Part shown: positions 35,951-47,021 of the stretch, piece after piece | How the letters are laid out: each line of letters opens with the position of its first letter | Numbering within the stretch: the first letter of the stretch is position 1 | Origin: a virus | Reading direction: 5' to 3' (one strand) | Length of the DNA: 64,000 nt | IMG/VR virus record: IMGVR_UViG_3300019762_000007 | Location: 24,713-88,712 of that record | The notes under the pieces: generated by a model | What the model saw: only the letters and a program-made list of their open reading frames with translations | The model's database searches: none | What the model was told of the DNA's origin: nothing | Program-made: the position numbers and the translations under genes

Positions 35951-38900
35951 TTGGGCACTTTATATTACTACGGAGATGATGTAAATCTCTCTAAATACAA
36001 ACGTAATGTAGAGTTTAACTTTGCATTAGGAAAACTTAAAGAGCTTAAACAAATTGGATTGGACGTTGAGACTAATTTAGCAACTTATGAACAAGGATTT
36101 AAGTTAACTACAGTACAGATTAGTAATATAAAAGGTGATGAAGTTTATGTTTTTCAAATGTCTTTCTTAGATGCTGAAGAGAAACATAAACTTCTCTCAT
36201 ATCTAGCATCCCCAGAAGTAGTAAAGATATGTCAAAATGTGCCCTTTGAGTACAATCGACTTCAACAAGAAGGTTATATTGCAGAGAACTTTTGGGATAC
36301 TATGATAGCTGAGAAAGTTATCAAATCAGGTGAAGCTGAAGTAAAAGGTTCTTATTCTCTAGAAACTGTTATATATGAAAGATTCGGTGTATTATTGAAC
36401 AAAGATATGCAAAAACAGTTCGGAGATAATATTATTACAGATGAGAAGCTTGAGTATGCAGCAATGGATGTTGTTTACTTAGGTAGATTAGCTAGAATAC
36501 AATATCTTCTACTTAAGGCTGACGATCAGTTAGAGGTAATGAAGCTTGAAAATGAGAATATTCTAGCTTTAGCTGATATGTCTTATGAAGGATTTACACT
36601 AGATGTTCCTAAATGGTTAGACAATATTGAGAAAGCACAGCCTTTATTAGATGCTTCAATTGAAGAATTAAATACTATTTTAAAAGAAGACTTTAGAGAA
36701 CAAGCTATTAAAGATAAGTTTCTATTTGTAGAATCTCAAATTAGGTTTAATAAGAGATCTAGTACAGATAAATTAAAATTGCTTAGTTTAGTATTTGACG
36801 ATATAGAAGGTACTTCTGAAGTATACCTTAAATCTTATCTAAAAGAAAAGGATTCTAATTTTCCTAATGTAGATGGTATGACTGCTAGACAGGCTAATCC
36901 TATTATTAAGGAGTATTTATCTGTATATGAGAATAACAATTTTACCTTAATTAAATTGTTACTTAATAAAGACTACCTAACATTCTTCAATGCTTTCCTC
37001 ACTAACTTCAGGGAAACTGTAATAAAGGAAGGTTTATATCTTCCAGAGAACTCTGTAGATATTAATTGGGGCAGTACTTCTAAAGTGTTAAAGGTTTTCC
37101 AATATGTAGATCCTAGAATAACATCTACAGCTGCTGAAGTAGTTGCAGACAATTTGCATAAACATAGGATATTCAAAAGCTATCAAAGAAGACAATTTTC
37201 TAATTCCTTATTAACTAAATTTGGTTACGGATTCTTAGATAAAGTAGATCCAGATGGAAGGATTAGGTCTAGATATGACCCTATTAAAACTACTGGCAGA
37301 ATAGGAAGCAGTTCGCCTAAAATATGTTGGGCAGCGTGACCGTGAGGCACGTAAAAAATATCGGATGAATTGCTGGAAACCCTTTGGGCAATCGGCAGCC
37401 AAGTTAGAGATACATCTCTAAAAGGTTCAGAGACTACCTGAGCAATAAAGTTTGCTTAATAACAGGAAGTAGCCAGTAGTAGTTTATTGGTGAAAAAGCG
37501 TCCGACAACTTTGAATACACTGGAAATTATTGTATTTTTACATAAAATATTAAATTAATACAACAGATACCAGTATGGAATTAACTAAAACAGAGCTTAT
37601 GGCTCTACTATCAACAACAGACTTTCATAAGGAAATAACAGCCAGTACAGGCGTACCTGTGTGGAAACTAGAGAACCTAATAAAGAGATATAGCCTACAA
37701 GGATACAGAGATGAGAATAGATACAAATGTATCGAGCACTTATTAACTGTAGACAGCCCAGATTTTTGTTATTTATTAGGATTATGGGTTACTGATGGGT
37801 ATTGGAATGAAGGTGCTTGGTGTATAGGGCTTAATGATAGAGATGTTTTACATAGACTAGGTAAAATATTTAATTGTAAAGTGTATACGTCTAAACAAAA
37901 AGGAAAGAGCATCAGATATATCTTTACACTACCCTCTAGATTTTGTGATAAAATCAGGGAGTTGGGATACACACAAGGAGCTAAAACTTTTGATGTTCAT
38001 TTACCTTACATACCAAAGGAAAATTGGAAATATGTTATTAGAGGTATGCTAGATGGAGATGGATCAATTACTAAAATAATTAGAAATTACTCTGCTAGTT
38101 TCTTTTCTGTATCTAAAAACTTATTAATGGAATATACTAGGTATTTAACAGAGCTGGGGTTTAAATATAGTATACATTCACACGGGAAGTATGGTAAGTC
38201 TAATGTAGTAGTGAACTCCTTAGATTTTTTACTATATGTGTATACAGATAGATATGATTTATGTTTAGATAGAAAATTAAAAACAGTTAATGATAAAGTT
38301 GAAGAGATAGTCCAAGCCTATTCGATAATAAAGAATAGGAGATAGAACATGCAACAGATTCCTGCAAACGCATTGCCTAAAGATAGACAGAATGATTATC
38401 GTAATGCTTTTATACCTAACTATCCTGGGTGGAAAATAGTATCTGGAGATATGGTTGGTCAAGAATTGGCTATTATAGCTGTAAGATCTGGAGAACCTTT
38501 ATGGCTACATGCTCTTAGAAATTCTTTAGACTTACACTCAATTTCTGCTGCAATAGCTTATGGAGATAAGTGGGTGAAAGCAGCAGAACCAGATTGTGTA
38601 TTTGAGAAATTAAACGAATCTGGAGAGAAATCTTGGTTTAAATGTGACTGTAAAGGTCATAAAGAACTCAGGACTAATGGTAAAGCTGTGAATTTTGGTC
38701 TTGCTTACGGAATATCTTTTATAGGATTAGCTAATGACTTAAAAATACCTGAACAAGAAGCTAAAGATTTAATGAAAGATTACTTTAAAGGTTTTCCTAA
38801 GATTGCATCTTTCTTGTATAGTAGAGGTCAACTGGCTATGAAGTTAGGCTACTCTGAAACAATGAGTAAGTTTAAAAGAAGAAGACATTTTCCTGATTTT

Positions 38901-39209
38901 GGTAAACCTGGCTGTGATTATGGAGCTATTGATAGAGCAGGTAAGAACGCTGTGATACAAGGTGAGGCTGCTGACCAGATAAAACTAGCTTTAGTTTACT
39001 GTAGACGCTGGATTAATGATAACAATCTTAGAGATAAGATTAAATTAGTCTGTACTGTACATGATCAAATTGATACTATGTGTGCTCCAGAAGTAGCAGA
39101 AATGTGGCGAGATAAGTTGCAGTTCTTTATGGAGAAGGCAGCTTTTGATTGTTTGGGAACAGATTTATTAAAAGCAGAAGTTAATATAACAGACAAATGG
39201 AGTAAATAG
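35951..39209 (+). CDS. polA: Family A DNA polymerase; exons 35951-37318 and 38346-39209 (~743 aa)
   Basis: Exo LDVET and YAAMD; splicing restores TTGRIGSSSP|NMQQIP; motif A GDMVGQE, B KAVNFGLAYG, C VHDQ. Confidence 0.92.
37319..38345 (+). mobile_element. Group I intron in polA (1027 nt)
   Basis: P1 GCCU/GGGC, P10 AUGUU/AACAU, P AAUUGCUGGAAAC, Q AAUCGGCAGC, R GUUCAGAGACUA, S AAGAGAUAGUCC, terminal G. Confidence 0.92.
37575..38345 (+). CDS. Intron-encoded LAGLIDADG homing endonuclease
   Basis: YLLGLWVTDG and IRGMLDGDG motifs. Confidence 0.88.
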   Translation: MELTKTELMALLSTTDFHKEITASTGVPVWKLENLIKRYSLQGYRDENRYKCIEHLLTVDSPDFCYLLGLWVTDGYWNEGAWCIGLNDRDVLHRLGKIFNCKVYTSKQKGKSIRYIFTLPSRFCDKIRELGYTQGAKTFDVHLPYIPKENWKYVIRGMLDGDGSITKIIRNYSASFFSVSKNLLMEYTRYLTELGFKYSIHSHGKYGKSNVVVNSLDFLLYVYTDRYDLCLDRKLKTVNDKVEEIVQAYSIIKNRR

Positions 39210-39210
39210 T

Positions 39211-39360
39211 ATGACAAAAATATTAAAATGTAACTGCGTTAGTGAGTTCCAAGATAAAACTTACGGAGTAGGAAATAGAGTATTTAATGAATCTGAAAAA
39301 GGAGCTACTTGCACAGTATGCGGCTCATATAATTCAGGTAAATCTTCAATTAAGAAATAA
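39211..39360 (+). CDS. Small Zn-binding protein (49 aa, not in ORF track)
   Basis: CNC...CTVCG; fills the gap between two genes exactly. Confidence 0.65.
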   Translation: MTKILKCNCVSEFQDKTYGVGNRVFNESEKGATCTVCGSYNSGKSSIKK

Positions 39361-39602
39361 TGAATGTAGTAGAAAATTATAGAAAAGGGGCATCTAAGAT
39401 ACTAGCTGTTTTTACTAAAACTGTAAAAGAACTAGAAGACTTAAACAGATCAATTGCTAAAAAGAAAGATAGCAATGAGACAGTAGTTAATAACCTAAAA
39501 GGTACTATAAACTGCCTAAAGAGTGAGAATACTTTGTTGTGTTTGGAGCACTCTAAGAATGTAGATACCATCAATAAGTTAAATTCATTATTTGGTAAGT
39601 AA
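39360..39602 (+). CDS. Coiled-coil hypothetical protein
   Basis: 80-aa ORF. Confidence 0.6.
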   Translation: MNVVENYRKGASKILAVFTKTVKELEDLNRSIAKKKDSNETVVNNLKGTINCLKSENTLLCLEHSKNVDTINKLNSLFGK

Positions 39603-39604
39603 CT

Positions 39605-39850
39605 ATGAAGTTAATATTATATGTACAGCCCAATTGTGAGCCTTGTACAATTTTAAAGAATTACTTAGAAACTGAAAGTATTCTACAATACTTTGAAATA
39701 AAGGATGTTACTTTAAAACGTGATATAGCTCTAGAAGCTAAAGGTCATGGAATAAAGAATACTCCTGGAATGATAGGTATTGCTGAAGATGGTAAGGTTA
39801 CTAAACTTAGTAGACTTAATGTCTTAGCTTTCGTAGATAAACACTTTTAG
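39605..39850 (+). CDS. Glutaredoxin/thioredoxin-like protein
   Basis: CEPC active site and cis-Pro NTP. Confidence 0.75.
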   Translation: MKLILYVQPNCEPCTILKNYLETESILQYFEIKDVTLKRDIALEAKGHGIKNTPGMIGIAEDGKVTKLSRLNVLAFVDKHF

Positions 39851-41026
39851 ATGACTAGAGATGAAGCACAAGAATATTGCGTTGATGTCTGGTTAGTAAG
39901 TAATCGTAAAGGTACTTTACACTTATCTACAGGTTTTGGAAAATCAAAAGTTACAATAGATATTCTCACTGCTTTATATGAAGATGGTACTTTAGATGAA
40001 AATTCTAAAGTACTTCTTCTATCTAATTCTGAGGATCTTAGAGATAAGAACTGGAAAGATGATTTTGAGAAATGGGGCAAGTCTGATATTTATAATAAGT
40101 TAGATAGCCAATGTTATCAGACTGTATATAAATGGAAAGATAAAAAATATGACTTTGTAATTGCTGATGAATTAGATTATGCTTTGACTGAAGCGTATTC
40201 AGAAGTATTCTTTAACAACTCTTTTGGCATGGTTCTAGGATTAACTGGAACTATATTTGGAGATGATAAAATAGAGTTACTAAATAAGATAGCTCCAGTA
40301 GTTGTTAAGATTGATCTTAATACTGCACAATCTATGGGAATACTTAATAAAGTAAATGCTGTATTTGTAAAGTACTATTTATCTAATGAAAAGAACATTG
40401 AGGTTCCTGCTAAAAATCAAAAGTTTTTTACTTCTGAAAATGCTCAATATGCTTATTATGTTAATAAAGTATCTAGTTTAATGGTTGAAAAATCAATGAC
40501 TTGGATAAAAGAAGAGAAAGCTAAAATAGATAAAAAGATTACCTTTGTTACTAGGAACAGAGCTAATCTGTTATATAGATCTTCTTCAACAATTAAAACT
40601 ACTAAGCAATTACTAATTAAGTTGCTATCAAAGAAAGTAGCTGTATTCAGTATGTATACAGATATTGCTGACTTATTAGCTCGTAATTCATATCACTCTA
40701 AAAATAAGCAATTGAATAACTTAGAGAGATTCCAGAATGGGGAAATAAGACTACTTTCTATATGTAAGGCTGTAGATAGAGGCGTTAATATACCTGGTTT
40801 AAATACAATAGTACTTAGCACTTTTAACAGCTCTAAGACTAGGCTCCATCAGATTGTTGGTAGAGGTTGTAGATTAAAACCAGAAGAGTATCTTACACTG
40901 TATATAATGCTTCCTTACTATATAGACGTTAAGACTAGTACTGTAAAAGCTACTAGGCAAGTCGAGTGGGCAAGAGAGGCAGTAAAAGGTTTTAAATTTA
41001 ATTCAATGGAGGTTATTAACTTATGA
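39851..41026 (+). CDS. Superfamily 2 helicase
   Basis: STGFGKS, DELD, GLTGT, RGVNIP, QIVGRGCR. Confidence 0.85.
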   Translation: MTRDEAQEYCVDVWLVSNRKGTLHLSTGFGKSKVTIDILTALYEDGTLDENSKVLLLSNSEDLRDKNWKDDFEKWGKSDIYNKLDSQCYQTVYKWKDKKYDFVIADELDYALTEAYSEVFFNNSFGMVLGLTGTIFGDDKIELLNKIAPVVVKIDLNTAQSMGILNKVNAVFVKYYLSNEKNIEVPAKNQKFFTSENAQYAYYVNKVSSLMVEKSMTWIKEEKAKIDKKITFVTRNRANLLYRSSSTIKTTKQLLIKLLSKKVAVFSMYTDIADLLARNSYHSKNKQLNNLERFQNGEIRLLSICKAVDRGVNIPGLNTIVLSTFNSSKTRLHQIVGRGCRLKPEEYLTLYIMLPYYIDVKTSTVKATRQVEWAREAVKGFKFNSMEVINL

Positions 41027-41469
41027 GAAAATACACACAATTTGAAATTGTGGATAAAATGATAGACTCTGGTGTTATAGCTAGAGTCGGGGAGCAGTAT
41101 GTAATTACTGCCAAGTTTGAGAAGTTTGATAATTCTGCTACTAAAGTTCCTATTAAAGATAAAGTAGACAAGCTAAGTGAGATTGTAGCCCTAGCTAGAG
41201 TTCCTTTGCAAGCACTATCTCCTGTAGGTACTTATTATCCTTTACGAAATAGATCTCAGGCAGCTAAGGATAAAGTTAACTATCTATTATCTACTGGTAA
41301 ATATACCACAGATCAATTAGTTAAGGCTATGAATAAGTATTATAGTACAATTACTACATGCCCGAAAGTAGTAAGTAATATGGTATTAGATGGTATCCTT
41401 GAGGACTATGCAAATAACCTTTCTGATACTTCTGGAATAGTTACTAATACAAATGGGTTTATGTTGTGA
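41023..41469 (+). CDS. Hypothetical replication-associated protein
   Basis: 148 aa, coupled to the DnaB-like gene. Confidence 0.55.
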   Translation: MRKYTQFEIVDKMIDSGVIARVGEQYVITAKFEKFDNSATKVPIKDKVDKLSEIVALARVPLQALSPVGTYYPLRNRSQAAKDKVNYLLSTGKYTTDQLVKAMNKYYSTITTCPKVVSNMVLDGILEDYANNLSDTSGIVTNTNGFML

Positions 41470-42701
41470 GTATATTTCAGAAGGAAGTTTTACAGCCTAT
41501 TTATGATGGGTTAACTAAGAAAGCTAAGATTATACCAATTCATCTTGATAGGATAGGAGAAGTTATACCTATTCGTAAATCAATTTATACACTAGTTGGA
41601 GGTAATACTGGATGTGGAAAGACTTCTTTTGTAGACGATACTTATATCTTAGAGCCTTTAGATTGGTTATCTAAGAATAAAGATAATACTGATGTAAAGT
41701 TGAAAGTTCTATATCGCTCAATGGAAAGAAGTAGAAGTCTTAAATTGATTAAATGGACTTGTTGGAAATTGCATAAAGATTATAATTTATATATAGATGC
41801 AGAGACTTTGCAAGGATTTAAAAAAGATAAGATAGATACTACTACATGGGAATTGATAAAAAAGTGTACAAATTGGGCTGAATCTCTATTAGATAATGTA
41901 CAAATTGTAAGTGATAGATGTACTCCAAAGGAATTAAAGAATTGGGGAGACTCCTACGCTTTTGATAATGGTAAATTATACCAAGCTGATAGGGTGGGTG
42001 TCAAGGAAAATGGCAATGTTGGGTATACTTATAAATTTTCTGGCGATAAGACTAAGACACTATCTACTGGGGAAGTAGTACAATATGTAGAAGTTCCTGA
42101 CCTTTCTGGTAAGTTACATACTCTTGTTCAAGATGATAGGATATATTTTGAAAGAAATGCTAATCTTATAACTGAGGTAATCGCTGACCATATTGGAAAA
42201 TACGCTATGGATCCTGGTGGAAATAGAAAATCTATAATAGATGAAGCCTCCATGCACATGAGTGACTTTAGAGATACATACAAATTTAGTCCTATAGAAA
42301 TATCTCAGTTCAATAGAGCCATAGGAGATATACAAAGGACTAAAGTATTTGGTGCAGATGTATCACCAAAATTGGAAGATTTCAAGGACACATCAAGCAC
42401 GCAAGAGAACTCAGATTTAGTGTTATCTCTATATAATGCTAATAGATATAAGGCTTATGATACTAATGGATTCTATCAAGGGTATAATATTCGTGATAGA
42501 CTTATTTCATATAAGACAGGGGCTGCTAGATTTAGATATTTATCTATCCTTAAGAACTCTTATGGTCCAGATGATATATCAATTGGTTTGAAGTTCTTAG
42601 GAGAGGTTTCAAGATTTACATCTTTGCCTCCAGTACCAAAAGAAGGAGAAACTAGTCTTGCACTAGAGAAAGTGTACGAACAAGTATGCTTAGGATTTTA
42701 A
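41466..42701 (+). CDS. dnaB: DnaB-like replicative helicase
   Basis: GGNTGCGKT, SME, ADHIG, ISQFNR, ILKN. Confidence 0.8.
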   Translation: MSIFQKEVLQPIYDGLTKKAKIIPIHLDRIGEVIPIRKSIYTLVGGNTGCGKTSFVDDTYILEPLDWLSKNKDNTDVKLKVLYRSMERSRSLKLIKWTCWKLHKDYNLYIDAETLQGFKKDKIDTTTWELIKKCTNWAESLLDNVQIVSDRCTPKELKNWGDSYAFDNGKLYQADRVGVKENGNVGYTYKFSGDKTKTLSTGEVVQYVEVPDLSGKLHTLVQDDRIYFERNANLITEVIADHIGKYAMDPGGNRKSIIDEASMHMSDFRDTYKFSPIEISQFNRAIGDIQRTKVFGADVSPKLEDFKDTSSTQENSDLVLSLYNANRYKAYDTNGFYQGYNIRDRLISYKTGAARFRYLSILKNSYGPDDISIGLKFLGEVSRFTSLPPVPKEGETSLALEKVYEQVCLGF

Positions 42702-42718
42702 TAATTAATAAATAATTT

Positions 42719-43414
42719 ATGGCAGATTTAATTCTAGTCGAAGGTGATTCTGGAACTGGAAAGAGTACAAGTTGGAGAAATGTTCCAGCTAATGAGAGTT
42801 TTATAATCAGACCTAATACTAAAAGTTTCCCTTTTAGAGGGGCTAAAGTCAATTATACAGAATTTGTTCCTACTACAGGAAAAGGAAATGTTTGTACTTT
42901 AGCAGATTTCTCTCAAATTGGAAGCTGGTTAAAAGCTATTAGTGATAACCTAAAGCATGTTAAGTATATCCTAATAGAGGATCTTACTCACCACATGACT
43001 AATACAACTTTAGGTAAAGCATTTTTGGCTCAAAATTCAGGTAATGCTGCATTTGCTAGATGGAATAAGTTTGGAGCAGACATTAACGATAATCTATTTA
43101 AGTCTACTTTAGGGCTTAGAGACGATTTATTCATCACAGTGTTCCATCATACTCAAATAGATGATTCAGGTAAAAGAGTATTTAAGACACAAGGGAAACT
43201 AATGGAAAACGCAATTGACCCAGTTTCTCATTTTACTTATGTATTCCATACTAGTATAGTAGCAAGTAATGATAAACGTGAATACATGTTTATTACAAAT
43301 AATGATGGAGTACATCAGGCTAAAACACCAATGGGATGTTTTGCAGATCTTTATATCGAGAATGATATGATGAAAGTATTTGATACAATTAATAAATATA
43401 ATTTAGGAGAGTAA
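42719..43414 (+). CDS. AAA_24/Sak4-like ATPase
   Basis: GDSGTGKST, ILIED, AKTPMGCF. Confidence 0.8.
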   Translation: MADLILVEGDSGTGKSTSWRNVPANESFIIRPNTKSFPFRGAKVNYTEFVPTTGKGNVCTLADFSQIGSWLKAISDNLKHVKYILIEDLTHHMTNTTLGKAFLAQNSGNAAFARWNKFGADINDNLFKSTLGLRDDLFITVFHHTQIDDSGKRVFKTQGKLMENAIDPVSHFTYVFHTSIVASNDKREYMFITNNDGVHQAKTPMGCFADLYIENDMMKVFDTINKYNLGE

Positions 43415-43444
43415 TCTCAGTAATAATTTTAATACAATACAACA

Positions 43445-44239
43445 ATGGCACAATTAGGAGTAGGGATTCATGAAGGAATCACTTTAGGTGAAGGAACAGG
43501 TTACGCAGAAGGTAAAAATGGTAAATCATTTATCAAAATAGTTTTCGAACAAATTGTAAAGATAGACAACTACCTTGAAATGTTTGATTCTAATGAGTCA
43601 GCAGAAAATGGTAAGCAATCAATTGTAATCTTTGGTATTAATGCTACAGATTTTAATGGAAATCAAAAAGAGTCAGCAGCTCTAATTGCAGAAGTACAGC
43701 TACTTAAGAGAAAATTACAAGACACGCTAAGTATGCACATGACAGTAGAACAAGCTTCTTCTGTATTTGGTACTAAAGTAATCTTTAATGGCACAGGTGT
43801 TTTAGAGAACCCTGCTAATCTACCTAATCTTATTACTCAACAAGCGGTTTTAGATAAGGTATATGAAAACTTAGGTAAGGCATTTGATACCGCAGCTAAG
43901 AACTTAGTAGGAGTTAATCCGTTTAGAGTTAAGTTACCTAGACAGAGTGAGGCTAAACATTCAGCTACAATTCAATGCTCTAAAGGAGACACTTGGATTG
44001 AGTCTATGCTTGTCCCTAAAGACCAATCTAAGGTAATGTGGACTGCATGGCAAATTGAAACTAAGCGTTTTGACGGTACTCCAGTAGCTCCAGATGTAGT
44101 AGTTGAAGAGGGTGCTCCAGCATTTACAGCTCCTATTGCTCCAGCTTTTTCTGCACCAGAAGAAGTGACTCAAGCAGTAGATCAAACAGAAGCAGCACCT
44201 GATATGTTTTCAGCACCAGCTTTTAGCAGTCCAGAGTAG
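43445..44239 (+). CDS. Putative single-stranded DNA-binding protein
   Basis: Follows the Sak4-like gene; low-complexity acidic Pro/Phe tail. Confidence 0.55.
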   Translation: MAQLGVGIHEGITLGEGTGYAEGKNGKSFIKIVFEQIVKIDNYLEMFDSNESAENGKQSIVIFGINATDFNGNQKESAALIAEVQLLKRKLQDTLSMHMTVEQASSVFGTKVIFNGTGVLENPANLPNLITQQAVLDKVYENLGKAFDTAAKNLVGVNPFRVKLPRQSEAKHSATIQCSKGDTWIESMLVPKDQSKVMWTAWQIETKRFDGTPVAPDVVVEEGAPAFTAPIAPAFSAPEEVTQAVDQTEAAPDMFSAPAFSSPE

Positions 44240-44244
44240 ATTAA

Positions 44245-45273
44245 ATGGGTATACTAGAGGATAGTCTAAAGTCTTTAGAATTATCTGTCGAGAATATATT
44301 ATCTCTTGTAGATGATTATTCTATTTATACCCATTATATAGAACAGGAATTAGAGTTGGGAGACACTTATTCTTCTCCATTAAGAGATGATGATAGTTCT
44401 CCTTCCTTTAGTTTATTTTACAGTTATGGGAAAAACAAAGTAGATAAGATATATTTTAAAGACCATGCTTTAGGGTCAGGAGATGTATTTGATTTTGTAT
44501 CTCTATTATTTAGGGATAGCTCAGGTAGATTACCTTTTAATAAAGTACTAGAACAAGTAAATAAAGATTTAAACTTAGGTTTAGGTTCTGGAAAGTATGT
44601 ACAGAATTGTACTAAACGAATTAGAACTAGACCAATTGAAAAAGAGAGGAAGAAAATATTCATAGTATCTAAAAAAGTAGAATCTTCTAGATTTTTAGAT
44701 TACTGGAAGTCTTTAGGTATTTCCAAAAGAATAAGAGATATGTATTTCTGTACTGAGCCTAGTACAGTAATATACAAGGGGAAAAATTCTATGGATTACA
44801 CATATCCTAGTGGTTTGACCATTGCTTATAGAATATACGCTGAGTATAAGCTATATAAACCTTTTGCACCTAAGAAAGATAAGTTTAGAAATAATTATCC
44901 TCCTGAATTTGTAGAAGGTTGGTTACAAATTGATTGGTCCAGAACTGATTATATTTGTATAACTAAAGCAATGAAGGAGTGTATGTACTTTAGGGAACAC
45001 TGGGATATTCAAGCTATTGCTGGAAAGAGTGAATCTAATATGATACCTGATTTTCTTATGGCTAAAATATTAAAGCACTTTGATAAAGTTTATATATGGC
45101 TGGACCCAGATGCTACTGGTATACTTTATACTTCTAGATATCTAGAATTGTACCCTACTTTAATACCTTGTCATATGCCAGAAGATGCAATTGATAAGGA
45201 TATAACTGATTTTCATCTTCACAATCCATTTAATTTAACAGACCAATTGGTCAAAACAAATTTTAATTTATGA
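44245..45273 (+). CDS. DNA primase (crAss-type)
   Basis: SPLRDD..PSF, FKDH..GDVFDFV, TOPRIM WLDPDATG, KDITD. Confidence 0.8.
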   Translation: MGILEDSLKSLELSVENILSLVDDYSIYTHYIEQELELGDTYSSPLRDDDSSPSFSLFYSYGKNKVDKIYFKDHALGSGDVFDFVSLLFRDSSGRLPFNKVLEQVNKDLNLGLGSGKYVQNCTKRIRTRPIEKERKKIFIVSKKVESSRFLDYWKSLGISKRIRDMYFCTEPSTVIYKGKNSMDYTYPSGLTIAYRIYAEYKLYKPFAPKKDKFRNNYPPEFVEGWLQIDWSRTDYICITKAMKECMYFREHWDIQAIAGKSESNMIPDFLMAKILKHFDKVYIWLDPDATGILYTSRYLELYPTLIPCHMPEDAIDKDITDFHLHNPFNLTDQLVKTNFNL

Positions 45274-46337
45274 TTGAAAAAATTGTAGGCCTACTTAACT
45301 CTGGAAAGAGTGGAAAAGTAGGCTCTTACGAAGTAAAGCATTTAAATAGACGAGATGTTAGATATAGTTACGTATATAATGACGGAACTAAAATACTATC
45401 AGCAAAGTATACTACTTTTGGGTTGTTTAAAGCACTTGCTTTAGTTGATTATAATGTCACAAGAGATATTATTAAGCTTTTAAAAGAACCTAAATCTCCT
45501 GAAAAGGTGATAGACTGTGATGAAATAATTTCAGCTTTTGTAGGACAATCTGCTTATAAAGATGAGTATTATACAGTAGCAACTAAATCACTGCTTAGTG
45601 AGTATAATGTGACTTTTACTTCCCTATACTACAAAAATAACTTAATGGCTTTAGTAATATCTACTAATACTTACACACAATTTAATATGTACTGTAAGAA
45701 CTCACAAAATCCTTTATTTATGGAGAGATTGCTTAGTACTATTTTACCACCAAATGAATATAAAAAATTGTTAAATGAGAAGTTTGACTGTGTGCGTACT
45801 TTTAACTCTGCTATATTTGTAGGAGGTATTGCAGAGACTCTTATAAGTATGACAAAGACTAGAGAAGATTTCATTGCTAGTCAGGTAAAAAAAGCTACTA
45901 AAGAGGAGGCAAGAGAAAGAAAGTCCTCTGAATTGGAACCTAATCAAAAACAATCTCATTACCCAGAAGAAGAATCACTAATATTGATATCTGATACTAT
46001 TGGACTGAATGGATGGGAATTTGATGTATTTAAAAGATTATATCGTTGCCGAAAGAAAGGAGAGTTTGCTAAGGATTTGGGTAAGATCTTAGATACAATT
46101 GATTTGTACATATCAGAGTATGAAAGGATCAAAGATCTTAAAAATGGTACAATTAGTGAGTTTCTGAGATTAAATTCAAGTTTCAGTTTGTCTAACAAGT
46201 TAGGACTTAATTGTTGGGAATCCAATATTTTTGCTTTAATTTGCCAATGTAGAGTATCTGGACATCTTGAGACAGACTTAAATAAAGCTAAGATAACAGT
46301 AAAAAATTATCTTAGAGAGTATTCACCAACAAAATAA
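45270..46337 (+). CDS. Protein with tandem C-terminal DUF3310-like domains
   Basis: SHY...GLNGWEFDVFKR.YRCRKKG..KDL and a second degenerate copy. Confidence 0.55.
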   Translation: MIEKIVGLLNSGKSGKVGSYEVKHLNRRDVRYSYVYNDGTKILSAKYTTFGLFKALALVDYNVTRDIIKLLKEPKSPEKVIDCDEIISAFVGQSAYKDEYYTVATKSLLSEYNVTFTSLYYKNNLMALVISTNTYTQFNMYCKNSQNPLFMERLLSTILPPNEYKKLLNEKFDCVRTFNSAIFVGGIAETLISMTKTREDFIASQVKKATKEEARERKSSELEPNQKQSHYPEEESLILISDTIGLNGWEFDVFKRLYRCRKKGEFAKDLGKILDTIDLYISEYERIKDLKNGTISEFLRLNSSFSLSNKLGLNCWESNIFALICQCRVSGHLETDLNKAKITVKNYLREYSPTK

Positions 46338-46340
46338 ATT

Positions 46341-47021
46341 ATGAGATTTTATGCCAAAATTATTCTTTCTATCCTACTATTTTCAGTTCAAATTTCTGTA
46401 ATAAATTGTACTAGAGCAAGATCCTTTGCTTACGAGGACACTCTATTACGGGAAGTTGAAAGTATGGTTAAAAACAACAATTCATTCAAATTAGCTTTAG
46501 CTATAAGAGAGTCTTCAAACAATTATTGTGCTTGGCACAAAGGCGGAGCGTTAGGTAAATATCAATTTATGCCTAGAACTTTAAAAGGTTTAGGGTTAGG
46601 AGATTTTACCTTAAAACAATTCATACAAACTCCTTCCTGCTTTAGTCCTAAATTACAGGAATATGCATTAAATTTAAAAATCAATGATGATATAAGAATA
46701 TTATCTGATTTTAAAGGAATTAATTACCTAGAGAAATATATAGGTAAAGAGTTCCTAGGTACAAAAATAACTTTGGCAGGAATCTTAGCTGCTGCACATC
46801 TTGGAGGAGTCTATGGAACTATAAAGTTTCTTGACTCTTCTGGGAAATACAATCCATCAGATTCTAATAAAACAACTATTGGTAAGTATCTGGTAGAATT
46901 TTCTAAGTATAATTATAATAATAATGTATTATGCGAATTAAAAAAGGTGAAAATAGAGGGCATAAGTCACTCTTTAAAAGAAAGATATATGTCAAGTTTA
47001 CATCTCCTTACTCTCAGCTAA
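46341..47021 (+). CDS. Lysozyme-like peptidoglycan hydrolase with signal/anchor sequence
   Basis: IRESS...GALGKYQF...LAAAHLGG. Confidence 0.7.
   Translation: MRFYAKIILSILLFSVQISVINCTRARSFAYEDTLLREVESMVKNNNSFKLALAIRESSNNYCAWHKGGALGKYQFMPRTLKGLGLGDFTLKQFIQTPSCFSPKLQEYALNLKINDDIRILSDFKGINYLEKYIGKEFLGTKITLAGILAAAHLGGVYGTIKFLDSSGKYNPSDSNKTTIGKYLVEFSKYNYNNNVLCELKKVKIEGISHSLKERYMSSLHLLTLS

Noticed and set aside
37319-37339. C-terminal KICWAA of polA part 1 (and KVCRLSA of rIIB part 1) as real protein ends
   Set aside because: These are read-through into intron P1 sequence.
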